A DNA stretch of 26,416 bases from an uncultured Aureispira sp. GTDB taxonomy: Bacteria > Bacteroidota > Bacteroidia > Chitinophagales > Saprospiraceae. This document shows positions 1 to 9,092 of this stretch, piece after piece. The position numbers and the translations under genes are program-made. The stretch is from assembly GCA_964404215.1 (NCBI GenBank), contig CAYOJF010000055.1:1-26416 (forward strand). The letters run 5' to 3'. Numbering within the stretch: the stretch's first letter is position 1; each line of letters opens with the position of its first letter. The notes under the pieces were generated by a model. The model saw only the letters and a list, made by a program, of their open reading frames with translations. It was not told the origin of the DNA and searched no databases.

Positions 1-138
1 CTAATGTAACTTATCCATGATCCTCACGGACGTGACGGAGGGGGCAATGGAAAGAAGAAATTAAACAAATTTGTTCCACTCTTAGATTGTGAAATACAGA
101 TTTGAAACAAATCATTTAGGAGACCACTGTATCTAAGA

Positions 139-3100
139 TCAGATGACAGTAGCCTCTTCAATCAAAGGTAACTCTACAATAAAGTCGGTTCCTTTTCCAA
201 CTTCTGATTCAAAATAAATACGTCCTTTAGCCATTTCTACAATTTTTTGTGACATGGCTAAACCAATGCCAGTACCAGATGATTTAGTGGTAAAGTTAGG
301 GACAAAAATATCGTCAGCTTGTTCTTCAGGTATCCCGGTGCCGTTATCCTTGACGGTGATAATCGCAGTGGTACTAGTGGCTACTAATTGAATTTGTATA
401 ATACCAGGTTGTTCTTCAGGGATAGCTTGTACGGCATTTTTGAGTAGATTATTGAGTACACGCATTATCTGCGTTTTATCTGCGAACACAAAACACTCCT
501 TTTCGGACATATCCAATGATATTTGCATATTTTCCTCTTCTCTAAATAATTCATAAGCATTACTTACTAGCGTATTGAGATGCAACTTTTCGTTGTTGGC
601 AGTAGGCATTTTTGCGAAATTAGAGAACTCAGAAGCAATATGTGCTAAGCTATCAATCTGTTCGATCAAGGCAGAAGCTACTCGATTAACCATTTTTTGA
701 GCTTTCTCAGGCTTGGTATTAACTACTCGTTGGAGTAGTTGGATGTTGAGTTTCATGGGGGTGAGCGGGTTTTTGATCTCATGGGCGACTTGTTTCGCCA
801 TTTCTCGCCAAGCAGATTCCCGTTGCGAGCGGGTGAGTTTTTTTGTATTTTCTTCTAGCTCCTTAATCATGTGATTGTATCGCTCGACCAATTCACCGAT
901 TTCATCTTTATTTTTCCATTCGATAGGTTCATTTTTTTGTCCCAGTTGTACTTTATCCAATTTTTCGCCAATAACAGATAGTGGATTGGTGACAGAACCA
1001 GCTATAATAAAGGCTGCCACCCCTGCTAATAAAAGGAATAGAACATAGACATTAAGCAAGGCTCCTAAGAACTTGATAACATCCTGTGAGCCTAGGTTGG
1101 TATTACTAGCCAAATCATAGGGTAGATTCAAAAAAGCAATCGTATTACCTTCCTTATCTTTGAGCGGAACATAGGCGGAGAGGTATTCAAACTCATTAAT
1201 AATTTCGGACTGAATAACCTTACTTTGTTGTTCTTGTTTTAGCTTAATGAAGGCAGAGGGATTCATTTTTTTGCTAATCAGATGCCGCTCAAAAATAACC
1301 TTTTCAGAAGAAGAAATCAAATCACCATTGAGAGCATAGATGTTGACATCTATTTTATGAATATCAGCTAATTCTTTAGCATCAGGTAGTTTGATAATAG
1401 AATCTTGACTTTGGTTGAGTTGCCAGCTAGCTGTTTTAGCAGTTGTAGTCACTTTACGGAGTAGTCTTGATTTGTGATAATCCATATAATCATAGCGATA
1501 GTATAGAATGGTAATCAATGCTATCGCAATAAAAGAGGATAGCGTTACGAGCAAGATTCCTTTTTGAATTTGTTCTCTCAGGGAGTTTTCAAACTTAATT
1601 TGAAGCAATTCCTTTTTAGTTAGTTGACGGAATAGTACATCAACTAATTGAACACTTAGGAGTAGGAATAGTCCAAAACAGAATAAATACGCAAAAACTG
1701 AAATACTTTGATAGAAATTAAAACGAGGCAATTGGATAATACTAATATTGTTGGGCTGTTCTTTATCTCTATAGAGGAGGTAGTTAAATTGTCCATCATT
1801 GGTAGCTTTTATAATCAAAAAACTTCCAGCTTTTGGTTTAGGAAAGTTGTAAGGTAGTTCTGCTTTGAATATAGAACCATTGGTAGCCACACGACTATCA
1901 AATTTATATAAAGCATAGGTGTAATCAGCAAAGATGTTTTCTAGACGATCTTTGTTTCGACTGAGTAACTCTACGTAAATATTAGATTTTTGGAAACTCT
2001 TTTTAGGAGTCAATTCTATAACAATATAACCTAATAAGGATTCTCCTTGATAAAGAGGAATCTTAGCGATATAGGAAAAATTTCCACTCGGGTTGGAGTA
2101 AAAGCTTAGAAATTCACTATTAGTCTTGTAACTATAACGCAACAGTGTCGCAATTTCATCATAGGGTCTTTCTTCTCCTCTATATTCTTTGTTTTCATTG
2201 GTGTAAATGTGGGCACTGTAATCATATTTTCCGAAAAAATAGTTGTCCAAATAGCGATAGGTAAGCAGGTTGACAGCTTGGCGACGAGGAGATGGTGATA
2301 GTGGGTTGTTGAGAGATATTTTGAGTGACCCATCTGTCATGATTTGAGGGGCCAAAACATTGAAAATATTCTCTGTGTTAAGATCTCGTTCAAAAGCTAA
2401 TGCTTTTGCATAATCTTTTCGGAGATTTATCTTTTTATCAGCATTGGCATTTTCAATGACTAAGGTCAATAGAGCAGCGAAAAACAGAATCCAAATACTG
2501 ACCCAAGCTAAAGAGGTAGCTTTGTTTTGAGTATATCGGTAGAGTAATAGTAATTGGACCGCTCCAAAAAAACAAATTAATAGGATATCTATAGGAGGGA
2601 ATTCAAAATATGTAATTGCTACTACCGTTAGTAGTAATACCCCACCAAAACTCATGATTCGCTCTGCTGGCGATACCTTAAATGTATTGGTAGCAACAGT
2701 GGTGTAATAGGCAATAAAAAATTGAGAAATTGTCAACATACCAATCCCCAATAAAGCCCAGAAAGTAAATGTTTCTATTTGAGCAAAATTATCAAAGTTA
2801 AATGATAAATAAGAAGAAGAAATGATGTCTCGAACCGCAAATTGGAGAAATGAAATGCCACCGAAAATAGCACCAAAGTTAAGGGCTACCAACGTCAAAC
2901 GTTGTTTTTTTTCTTTAGGAATAAGATAGTTTTTCTGTAACTCTCGTCCAATGAAAATAGCGGTAATCGTCAGTAAGGTCATGTCGATTAAGAAATCACC
3001 CAAAGAGTATAACCAAGTATTGTTGGTGTCAGAGACTCTATAGTTGAAAATACGGTAATCATAAGCTAACCTAGGAAAGTCGTAGAATATACTGAGTAGT

Positions 3101-3894
3101 CTCAGAAAACTAACTCCCAGTACAAATGTACCTAGTGCTGTAAACAGATACCTACGTTTAGCGATCTGGGCACTGATGGTGTACAGGAATAGGATAAGTC
3201 CTATACTACCCAATAAATACAATAAACCTGCGAATAGAATATACCATGCATGAGGACTATTTTCCTGAGCTTTTACGTATAGAAGCGTATTGCCTGCTTT
3301 ATCTTTGATACTATAATTATTTTTTTTCTTGCTAATCGCCGTTTGTTTTGAAAAATCAATAGGCATCAGAGGAAAGTAATCTTGTAAATAATTATTGGTG
3401 ATAGAATAGTGTTTATATGTGGGAATAAGGGCAACTAGGTTGTAGTAATAGATTTTACCATCTATTTTGAACTCATAAGGACGTGTTTTTTTTAGATAAA
3501 TGGATTCCGCAAGTTCATATTTTTCATCACTAGCTTTGTCGGTGTATTGAATATGGGATTTGAAAGGCAGTGTTTTGTTATTGTTCCAGTAAATAATAGA
3601 ATCGTTATCATTATAAATAATAACAGTGTAGGGTTTGTCAATATATTTTTGGATGGTATCATTAAGAATATATCCTTCAATGGCGTTGACTAAAAATGTA
3701 CTATTGCTAAATAATTCTGAAATTTCTTCTTCTGTCCGATGTAACTCTGCTTCTAAATCAATTTGATTTTGAATAATATCCAAGTCACTTTTAGCGACTT
3801 GTTCGATCATACTTCCTAGACCAAAACACACTAGTGAAAGCAGTAGAAATAGACTGATTTTAGATTTAGTTAGTTGGAGGAAGGTGTTTTTCAT
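139..3894 (-). CDS. Multi-pass membrane sensor histidine kinase. N-terminal signal anchor, then a ~190-aa extracytoplasmic domain. About 8 TM helices follow in a 7TM-receptor-like block, then two more membrane-bracketed segments. The C-terminus has HisKA and HATPase_c domains. There is no receiver domain.
   Basis: ATG start at 3892-3894 (revcomp atgaaaaacacc = MKNT). H-box 'AHEIKNPLTPM'. N-box 'NLLKNAVQAI'. G1 'VKDNGTGIP'. G2 'GTGIGLAMSQKIVE'. HAMP-like 'GELVERYNHMIKELEE'. Many hydrophobic 20-aa segments between residues ~215 and 480, plus three more around residues 760-960. The 7TMR-DISM-like assignment is by architecture only. Confidence 0.88.
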   Translation of the reverse strand: MKNTFLQLTKSKISLFLLLSLVCFGLGSMIEQVAKSDLDIIQNQIDLEAELHRTEEEISELFSNSTFLVNAIEGYILNDTIQKYIDKPYTVIIYNDNDSIIYWNNNKTLPFKSHIQYTDKASDEKYELAESIYLKKTRPYEFKIDGKIYYYNLVALIPTYKHYSITNNYLQDYFPLMPIDFSKQTAISKKKNNYSIKDKAGNTLLYVKAQENSPHAWYILFAGLLYLLGSIGLILFLYTISAQIAKRRYLFTALGTFVLGVSFLRLLSIFYDFPRLAYDYRIFNYRVSDTNNTWLYSLGDFLIDMTLLTITAIFIGRELQKNYLIPKEKKQRLTLVALNFGAIFGGISFLQFAVRDIISSSYLSFNFDNFAQIETFTFWALLGIGMLTISQFFIAYYTTVATNTFKVSPAERIMSFGGVLLLTVVAITYFEFPPIDILLICFFGAVQLLLLYRYTQNKATSLAWVSIWILFFAALLTLVIENANADKKINLRKDYAKALAFERDLNTENIFNVLAPQIMTDGSLKISLNNPLSPSPRRQAVNLLTYRYLDNYFFGKYDYSAHIYTNENKEYRGEERPYDEIATLLRYSYKTNSEFLSFYSNPSGNFSYIAKIPLYQGESLLGYIVIELTPKKSFQKSNIYVELLSRNKDRLENIFADYTYALYKFDSRVATNGSIFKAELPYNFPKPKAGSFLIIKATNDGQFNYLLYRDKEQPNNISIIQLPRFNFYQSISVFAYLFCFGLFLLLSVQLVDVLFRQLTKKELLQIKFENSLREQIQKGILLVTLSSFIAIALITILYYRYDYMDYHKSRLLRKVTTTAKTASWQLNQSQDSIIKLPDAKELADIHKIDVNIYALNGDLISSSEKVIFERHLISKKMNPSAFIKLKQEQQSKVIQSEIINEFEYLSAYVPLKDKEGNTIAFLNLPYDLASNTNLGSQDVIKFLGALLNVYVLFLLLAGVAAFIIAGSVTNPLSVIGEKLDKVQLGQKNEPIEWKNKDEIGELVERYNHMIKELEENTKKLTRSQRESAWREMAKQVAHEIKNPLTPMKLNIQLLQRVVNTKPEKAQKMVNRVASALIEQIDSLAHIASEFSNFAKMPTANNEKLHLNTLVSNAYELFREEENMQISLDMSEKECFVFADKTQIMRVLNNLLKNAVQAIPEEQPGIIQIQLVATSTTAIITVKDNGTGIPEEQADDIFVPNFTTKSSGTGIGLAMSQKIVEMAKGRIYFESEVGKGTDFIVELPLIEEATVI

Positions 3895-3953
3895 AAGACA
3901 AGGTAGTGTGAAAATTAGTAGGCAATAAATACTATATGATATACTTAATTTCC

Positions 3954-5183
3954 TTATTTAGAGCCAGTATTATTACTGTTTTTAAAATAAAAATCATCTT
4001 CTACAGAAGAGCTTTCCCACGGTATTTGTTGTCCTTTGGATGATTTTCGAACGTTTTTACGTACTTGCTTAAATACATCTTCTAGGCCTAGGCTTTTTGT
4101 TCCTAGTGCTTTGAGTAGTTCTTGCGTGTAAAGTCCATTGGTTCCTTCTCCATCTAAGGCCGCAAAGCCAGGTGCGGTAGAAAAGGCAATAAATGTGTTG
4201 TAAGGGGCAGAGCCTACGGCAGCTAATCCATTGTAACTACTATATTTAGATTTTTCAAACTCTTCTTTATAAGGGTTGTCTCTACAGGCATCTAGAATAA
4301 GGATGTTCATATCATTTTCAGCATATTCAAGTTCTACCAACACCCGCCCTAAGTCAACAGATTCGAATTCTATATCTTGTGCCTTTTTGATATCAGCATT
4401 GACAGGAACTAAATAGTTGTGTCCCTCACATTGGAGCCCATGACCAGCATAATAGAATAGTCCAACACCTCCTCTTTCTTTGAGTTTTTGACCAAATTCT
4501 CTAATAGCTTTTTTAGTTGTTTTTTGATCCAAATCTGTGTAAACATAAGCATCAAAACCTGATCGTTGCAATTCTTCTGCTACAGCAATAGCGTCATTGA
4601 CGGGGTTTTTGAGTGGAGCTTGTGCATAAGCACTATTACCAATGATTAGAGCTGTCCTTTTTTGCTCTTGATCAATATTGGCAAGTGCTTTAAAATACTG
4701 CCCTACATATTTTTTGTTTGGGGGTGTTTTTTCTTTGAAAGGATCGTTACTGTCTGTATTGTCTACTGTTACTATTGTAGTAGTTTTTTCTTTTAACTTG
4801 CGTTTTAGTTTACCTTCTTTCCAGATACCTTTTTGTTCGGTTCCGTTAGCAAAGACGTAGGTTCCTTCTCCATTTTTTTTATGATTCTCATATTCACCAA
4901 TGTAAGTGTCTCCATTTGCCCACTTAAAGGTCCCATAACCATGCCTTTTGGATTTCAGCCATAGACCATTGTAAATATCTCCATTTTTATAGTGATAAAC
5001 ACCACGACCATCTGGTAGACCATTTTTAAATTCGCCAATATACTTATCGCCATTAGAATAAATATAACGTCCCTTACCATTTTTGCAGTCACCAGTGGTA
5101 CATCCATCCTGGGCTAAAACGATATTAGTACCGAGTATCATACTGAAGAGAAAAATAAAGAGTGAATGGTTGAGATGTTGCAT
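3954..5183 (-). CDS. Secreted MORN-repeat protein with a C-terminal peptidase C14 (caspase-like) domain.
   Basis: Signal peptide 'MQHLNHSLFIFLFSMILGTNIVLAQD' from the internal ATG at 5181-5183. The track ORF extends to an ATG at 5270, but that N-terminus lacks a signal-peptide n-region. At least 4 MORN repeats: 'YIYSNGDKYIGEFKNGLPDGRGVYHYKNGDIYNGLWLKSKRHGYGTFKWANGDTYIGEYENHKKNGEGTYVFANGT'. Caspase dyad: His in 'LFYYAGHGLQ' and Cys in 'ILILDACRDNP', about 50 aa apart. The preceding 'ALIIGNSAY' strand is typical of C14. Confidence 0.8.
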   Translation of the reverse strand: MQHLNHSLFIFLFSMILGTNIVLAQDGCTTGDCKNGKGRYIYSNGDKYIGEFKNGLPDGRGVYHYKNGDIYNGLWLKSKRHGYGTFKWANGDTYIGEYENHKKNGEGTYVFANGTEQKGIWKEGKLKRKLKEKTTTIVTVDNTDSNDPFKEKTPPNKKYVGQYFKALANIDQEQKRTALIIGNSAYAQAPLKNPVNDAIAVAEELQRSGFDAYVYTDLDQKTTKKAIREFGQKLKERGGVGLFYYAGHGLQCEGHNYLVPVNADIKKAQDIEFESVDLGRVLVELEYAENDMNILILDACRDNPYKEEFEKSKYSSYNGLAAVGSAPYNTFIAFSTAPGFAALDGEGTNGLYTQELLKALGTKSLGLEDVFKQVRKNVRKSSKGQQIPWESSSVEDDFYFKNSNNTGSK

Positions 5184-5290
5184 GATTAAGAGCTTATTAG
5201 ATATTATAAAATATAGAGAGAACATAGGATTTTGTATGGAAATAGTTGAAGCTAAAAATACAATTATCATTCCATTTCATTTAGTGTATT

Positions 5291-6457
5291 TTAGTCTTTT
5301 GTTTCGCTAGGAGGTCGTTCTTGTTGGATGGTGTCTTTTATTATTTTTTCAATAGGTTCGTCTATTGGAGTGAGGACATCAATTGGAGATGGATTTTCTT
5401 CCTCTTCATCTTCTAGAGTAGTTGGCTCAAGTACGGCTGTATTATTAGTAGCAGATGTACTACGTACGGCAAATGCTTTGGGCATAATCGTATATCCTCT
5501 ATAACTAGTGAGAGCCCGAATAAATTCAGCTCCTAAGAATATAATTTGAGCGGAATAGTAAACCCATACCAATACAACTATCAAAGACCCAGCAGCCCCA
5601 TAAGCAGAGATAACGGTGGCTTGTTTGAGGTATAATCCAATCAGTAACTCTCCGACCCAAAATAGGGCTGAAGTAAATAATGCACCACTCAATACATATC
5701 GCCAAGGTATTTTGACAGCAGGTAAAATACGATACAATAGTATGAAAAATAGCATGATTAAGACAATGGATAAAACAAAATTGAGTGCAACTAGAAAATA
5801 GTCAGTAAAATATTCAATGTATTTAATTAAGAACGAAAATGTAGCGGGTATTTTGCTAATAACAAACTCTTCGTTAGCACCGATGTAGTTGCTTAGTTCT
5901 AGCAAAACAGCATTCATGATAATAGAAACAATCAGTAATCCTCCCATGCTAAAAATCATTCCTAAAGATAGAAGTCGATTGATGATTGTTTGTAAAATAC
6001 TATCCCCTGTATTTTCAATTTCCCGTACCTGAAAAATCATATTGAGTGCTTCTTGCAGGGCATAAAAAAGCCCTGTTGCCACAAACATCAATAGAGAAAT
6101 ACCTAGTACCGTAGCCCACCAGTTGGTTTCTATTGTACCTGTGTTTTTGACAGCCGCTTCTATTTGGAGGGCAGCATCTTGACCTACAAAATCAACGATA
6201 GAGCCATAAATTTCTCCTTTGACAGCCGCATCTCCCAGTAAAAAACCAACTAGACCAACAATAATAATAATGATAGCTGGTAGCGAAAAAATGGTATAGT
6301 AAGCTAATGCTGCTCCTAGTCGAGATACTCGTCGTTTATTGTAGTTGTTTATGGTATCTGCTAGGACAGTATAGATTGGGTGAAACCAAAAATAGACCAA
6401 TTGATGATGGTATATTTTTGATATAAAATTCTTTATATGTTGTATCAATCTATTCAT
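5291..6457 (-). CDS. YihY/BrkB family inner-membrane protein with a C-terminal acidic extension.
   Basis: Family signature 'RLGAALAYYTIFSLPAIIII' followed by about 6 TM segments. ATG start at 6455-6457. Overlaps the upstream thiolase-like gene by 8 nt, suggesting translational coupling. Has an acidic C-terminal tail 'EDEEEENPSPIDVL'. Confidence 0.72.
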   Translation of the reverse strand: MNRLIQHIKNFISKIYHHQLVYFWFHPIYTVLADTINNYNKRRVSRLGAALAYYTIFSLPAIIIIIVGLVGFLLGDAAVKGEIYGSIVDFVGQDAALQIEAAVKNTGTIETNWWATVLGISLLMFVATGLFYALQEALNMIFQVREIENTGDSILQTIINRLLSLGMIFSMGGLLIVSIIMNAVLLELSNYIGANEEFVISKIPATFSFLIKYIEYFTDYFLVALNFVLSIVLIMLFFILLYRILPAVKIPWRYVLSGALFTSALFWVGELLIGLYLKQATVISAYGAAGSLIVVLVWVYYSAQIIFLGAEFIRALTSYRGYTIMPKAFAVRSTSATNNTAVLEPTTLEDEEEENPSPIDVLTPIDEPIEKIIKDTIQQERPPSETKD

Positions 6458-7661
6458 AACATGATTCTAACAGGATTGCTCCTCCCATTCCTAGTCCAGC
6501 CCCTGTGGCAGCAATGCCTCGTTTGATAGCAGGATCTCTTTTGATTTGATGAGCAAGAGAAACTACAAGTCTAGCAGCTCCCATACCTATAGGATTACCC
6601 ATTGAAATACAGCCTCCATTTCTATTCAGTTTTTGAGGCGAAATATTGATTTTTTTTAAAAAAAGTAAAGGTTGCAAAGCAAATGATTCATTGATTTCAA
6701 AACTATCAATACTTTTTGCATCTAAATCTATTTTTTCTAAAAGCTTTTGAGTGGCAATACTCGCACCAAAACTCATTTCGGAAGGATCACAAGCAGCAAT
6801 AGCCCAATTACTAATGATGGCTATTGGTTTTAGTTGATATTGCTGTACTATTTTTTCAGAAGCTAACAATACCATAGCAGCACCATCTCCTACTCTTGCT
6901 GCGTTTCCTGCTGTAATGTAATTCCCATCAGGGACTAATTTAGGCAATTTTGATAATAAATTTAAAGATAAGAGGCGATGTTGTTCGTCTCTTTGCCAAA
7001 CTTTATTTTTTAGATCCTGTGTGGGAATAATCTCAGTCGCCCAAGTTTGTTCTGTTAGTGCTTTTTCGTAGCGTAATCGACTATCGTGAGCGTATTGATC
7101 TTGTTGTTGTTTATCAATGTTATATTTCTGAGCGACCAATTCAGCTGTTTGAGGCATAGATAAAGGTGGACAAGTAGCATCAATAGCTGGATTAATAAAT
7201 CTCCACCCAATCATACTGTCTACTTGCTCTCCAGTTATTTTGTTTTTTACTAGAGGACTGCGGCTCATACTTTCTACCCCTCCAGCGAGTACACATTCGT
7301 TTTCGCCTGTCCAGATAGTTCTCGCACCACTTACAATAGCTTCTAAGCCAGAGGAGCAAAGAGAGTTGAGGGTAACAGCAGTAGTAGAAAACGGGAGTTT
7401 TGCTAACAGACTCGCCATACGAGCAATATTCCTATTGTCTTCTCCTGCTTGATTAGCACACCCTAACAATACCTGATCAATTATGGTACTGGGGAGCTTA
7501 TTGGTTTGCAAAATTGAGGTGATAACAGACGCCGCCATATCATCAGGACGTTGATTGGAGAGGATGCCATTGAGTTTCCCAATAGGAGTACGTAGAGCAT
7601 CTATTAAGTATATTTTACTGTTTTTATTGTTCAATTCTACTAAAATATTAATTTTGCACAA
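6450..7661 (-). CDS. Thiolase-fold protein (thiolase-like) that appears to lack two canonical catalytic residues.
   Basis: Thiolase N-terminal 'IDALRTPIGKLNG'. Nucleophile loop 'NSLCSSGLEAI'. 'INESFALQ' matches the NEAF Asn motif. Where thiolases have 'GHP(I/L)GA(S/T)G' this protein has 'GNPIGMGAAR' (His to Asn). Where they have 'CIGGG(M/Q)G' it has 'TGAGLGMGGA' (no Cys). The start is TTG at 7659-7661. An alternative in-frame TTG lies at 7634. No ATG occurs near the conserved N-terminus. Confidence 0.75.
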   Translation of the reverse strand: MCKINILVELNNKNSKIYLIDALRTPIGKLNGILSNQRPDDMAASVITSILQTNKLPSTIIDQVLLGCANQAGEDNRNIARMASLLAKLPFSTTAVTLNSLCSSGLEAIVSGARTIWTGENECVLAGGVESMSRSPLVKNKITGEQVDSMIGWRFINPAIDATCPPLSMPQTAELVAQKYNIDKQQQDQYAHDSRLRYEKALTEQTWATEIIPTQDLKNKVWQRDEQHRLLSLNLLSKLPKLVPDGNYITAGNAARVGDGAAMVLLASEKIVQQYQLKPIAIISNWAIAACDPSEMSFGASIATQKLLEKIDLDAKSIDSFEINESFALQPLLFLKKINISPQKLNRNGGCISMGNPIGMGAARLVVSLAHQIKRDPAIKRGIAATGAGLGMGGAILLESCYE

Positions 7662-7896
7662 AGGAATGAAAATAATAGAGACTTTCTAAGCATCGGAACA
7701 CAAAGATGCAGGATTTGTTAAGAAAGAGAAAAAAACTTAAGTAATAGGACAAAAATAGACTTGTTTTGATGCGAGAACATTTGTTATTTTACTTAAATAT
7801 TTTAGGAAGAACCTCTACTAAGAAAGAGGTAGTTTAGAGGATAATAAAAAAAGATATTTTATTTAGACAGGAAGATAGATTTTAAATACTTCTATA

Positions 7897-7975
7897 GACG
7901 TTATTAGGAATAGTTTCGTATAGCAAGAAAAAGATGTTTTCTTACCTTTAGAGAACTTTATTCGTAATAACGTCT
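7897..7975. promoter_or_regulatory. 11-bp perfect inverted repeat pair in a 333-bp AT-rich divergent intergenic region.
   Basis: AGACGTTATTA (7897-7907) and TAATAACGTCT (7965-7975), 57 nt apart, 20 nt upstream of the DUF4293-like start. Confidence 0.25.
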
Positions 7976-7994
7976 TACATAAAAAACAAAAAAA

Positions 7995-8414
7995 ATGATA
8001 CAACGGATTCAGACAATTTATTTATTTTTTGCCTCTTTGTGTGGTTGGGCGTTATTCGGATTGCCTTTTGCTACGGCGACCCCTACTACATCAGGTATTC
8101 TACAAGATGGTGCCTTCAATATATATGACAATATCGGTCTCCTTGTTTTAGCAGGGGCGATGGCAGTTATTGCTTTGTTGAGTATATTTTTGTTCAATAA
8201 TCGAAAACTACAGATGAATGTAGGCAAGCTGAACCTAATAATTGGTTTTGCCCTGATGGCTTGGGCAGGGTATTGGTTTTTTGAAGTAACTGAAATAGCA
8301 AGTTTCGGAATAGGATTAGTATTTCCTGTATTATCTTTATTGCTGACCTTGATTGCCAATAAAAACATATTGAAAGATGAAAAGCTAGTCCGTTCGGCAG
8401 ATCGACTCCGATAA
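7995..8414 (+). CDS. Small 4-TM membrane protein, DUF4293-like.
   Basis: ATG at 7995. N-terminus 'MIQRIQTIYLFFASL' is characteristic of the Bacteroidetes DUF4293 family as I recall it. Four hydrophobic helices. Confidence 0.55.
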   Translation: MIQRIQTIYLFFASLCGWALFGLPFATATPTTSGILQDGAFNIYDNIGLLVLAGAMAVIALLSIFLFNNRKLQMNVGKLNLIIGFALMAWAGYWFFEVTEIASFGIGLVFPVLSLLLTLIANKNILKDEKLVRSADRLR

Positions 8415-8444
8415 AGGCAAGAACATTTCTAGAGCTCAACCTTG

Positions 8445-8491
8445 AAAAAAGCTGCAAGAGAAAATTAATTATTTTCTTCTGCAGCTTTTTT
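8445..8491. terminator. Bidirectional intrinsic terminator between convergent genes.
   Basis: Arms AAAAAAGCTGCA (8445-8456) and TGCAGCTTTTTT (8480-8491), with a partially self-complementary interior (AGAGAAAAT / ATTTTCTTCT). An A-tract lies on one side and a T-tract on the other. It overlaps the stop codon of the minus-strand gene at 8465. Confidence 0.5.
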
Positions 8492-8914
8492 ATTTCTATA
8501 ATCAACATTGGCTCCCAATAGTAATAGAATGATATTAGGGATGGCAATTCGCCAAAAATCACCTACCATTTCATTTTTATTTTCTTTCAGATCTCTCTCA
8601 GGGTTTTCATCAATACGGATTTTTTTCTCATCAGGCAGGGCAAGTTTATCTTTTTTGAAATCTTCAAACTTAAACATGATAATGGCAGCACCTAATATAC
8701 CAATTATAGTCGTTAGGTAGAGCCATCTAGTGGGGAAATTAGGACGCATGAGTTTATGCATGAATAGCCCCATAGAGATGAGCGTAATCACATAGAAAGG
8801 CATGATGTAAGGCAGCATTTCAGACATATTGATCAGCTGAACATTAGGGGTTCCTTGAGCAAAGGTAATCGTTGTGGTACTGATAAATAAAAATACTGTA
8901 AGGATATATTTCAT
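8465..8914 (-). CDS. Hypothetical membrane protein with a signal peptide.
   Basis: ATG at 8912-8914. 'MKYILTVFLFISTTTITFAQ' signal peptide, then 3 hydrophobic helices and a charged C-terminal tail. Confidence 0.5.
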   Translation of the reverse strand: MKYILTVFLFISTTTITFAQGTPNVQLINMSEMLPYIMPFYVITLISMGLFMHKLMRPNFPTRWLYLTTIIGILGAAIIMFKFEDFKKDKLALPDEKKIRIDENPERDLKENKNEMVGDFWRIAIPNIILLLLGANVDYRNKKAAEENN

Positions 8915-9092
8915 AAGTGTTTTTTAGAATTTGAAGGCACAAGATAATTAAAATCAGATGCTAATATACTGGTCATTAAACATCAATTGAGAGAGTAGGG
9001 TTTATTTTTTGAATTTTGTTTCTTTCTTTGATAGAATATTGGTATTTTGTATGTGAATTAGAATTTTAAAACTAACTACTTAGTGCAATATT

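Noticed and set aside
5184-5270. Upstream ATG at 5270 as the start of the MORN-caspase gene (track ORF 3954..5270).
   Set aside because: The resulting N-terminus 'MIIVFLASTISIQNPMFSLYFIISNKLLI' lacks a charged n-region. The internal ATG at 5183 gives a textbook signal peptide. Kept as an alternative, since the upstream intergenic gap would then be only 20 nt.
9000-9092. Bacteroidetes-type promoter (TTTG-n19-21-TAnnTTTG) for the giant gene around 'TATTTTG' at 9043-9049.
   Set aside because: The -7 match is one T short. The nearest TTTG elements are 12 or 24 nt away rather than 19-21, and the distance to the ATG is ~43 nt. This is too weak to call without TSS data.
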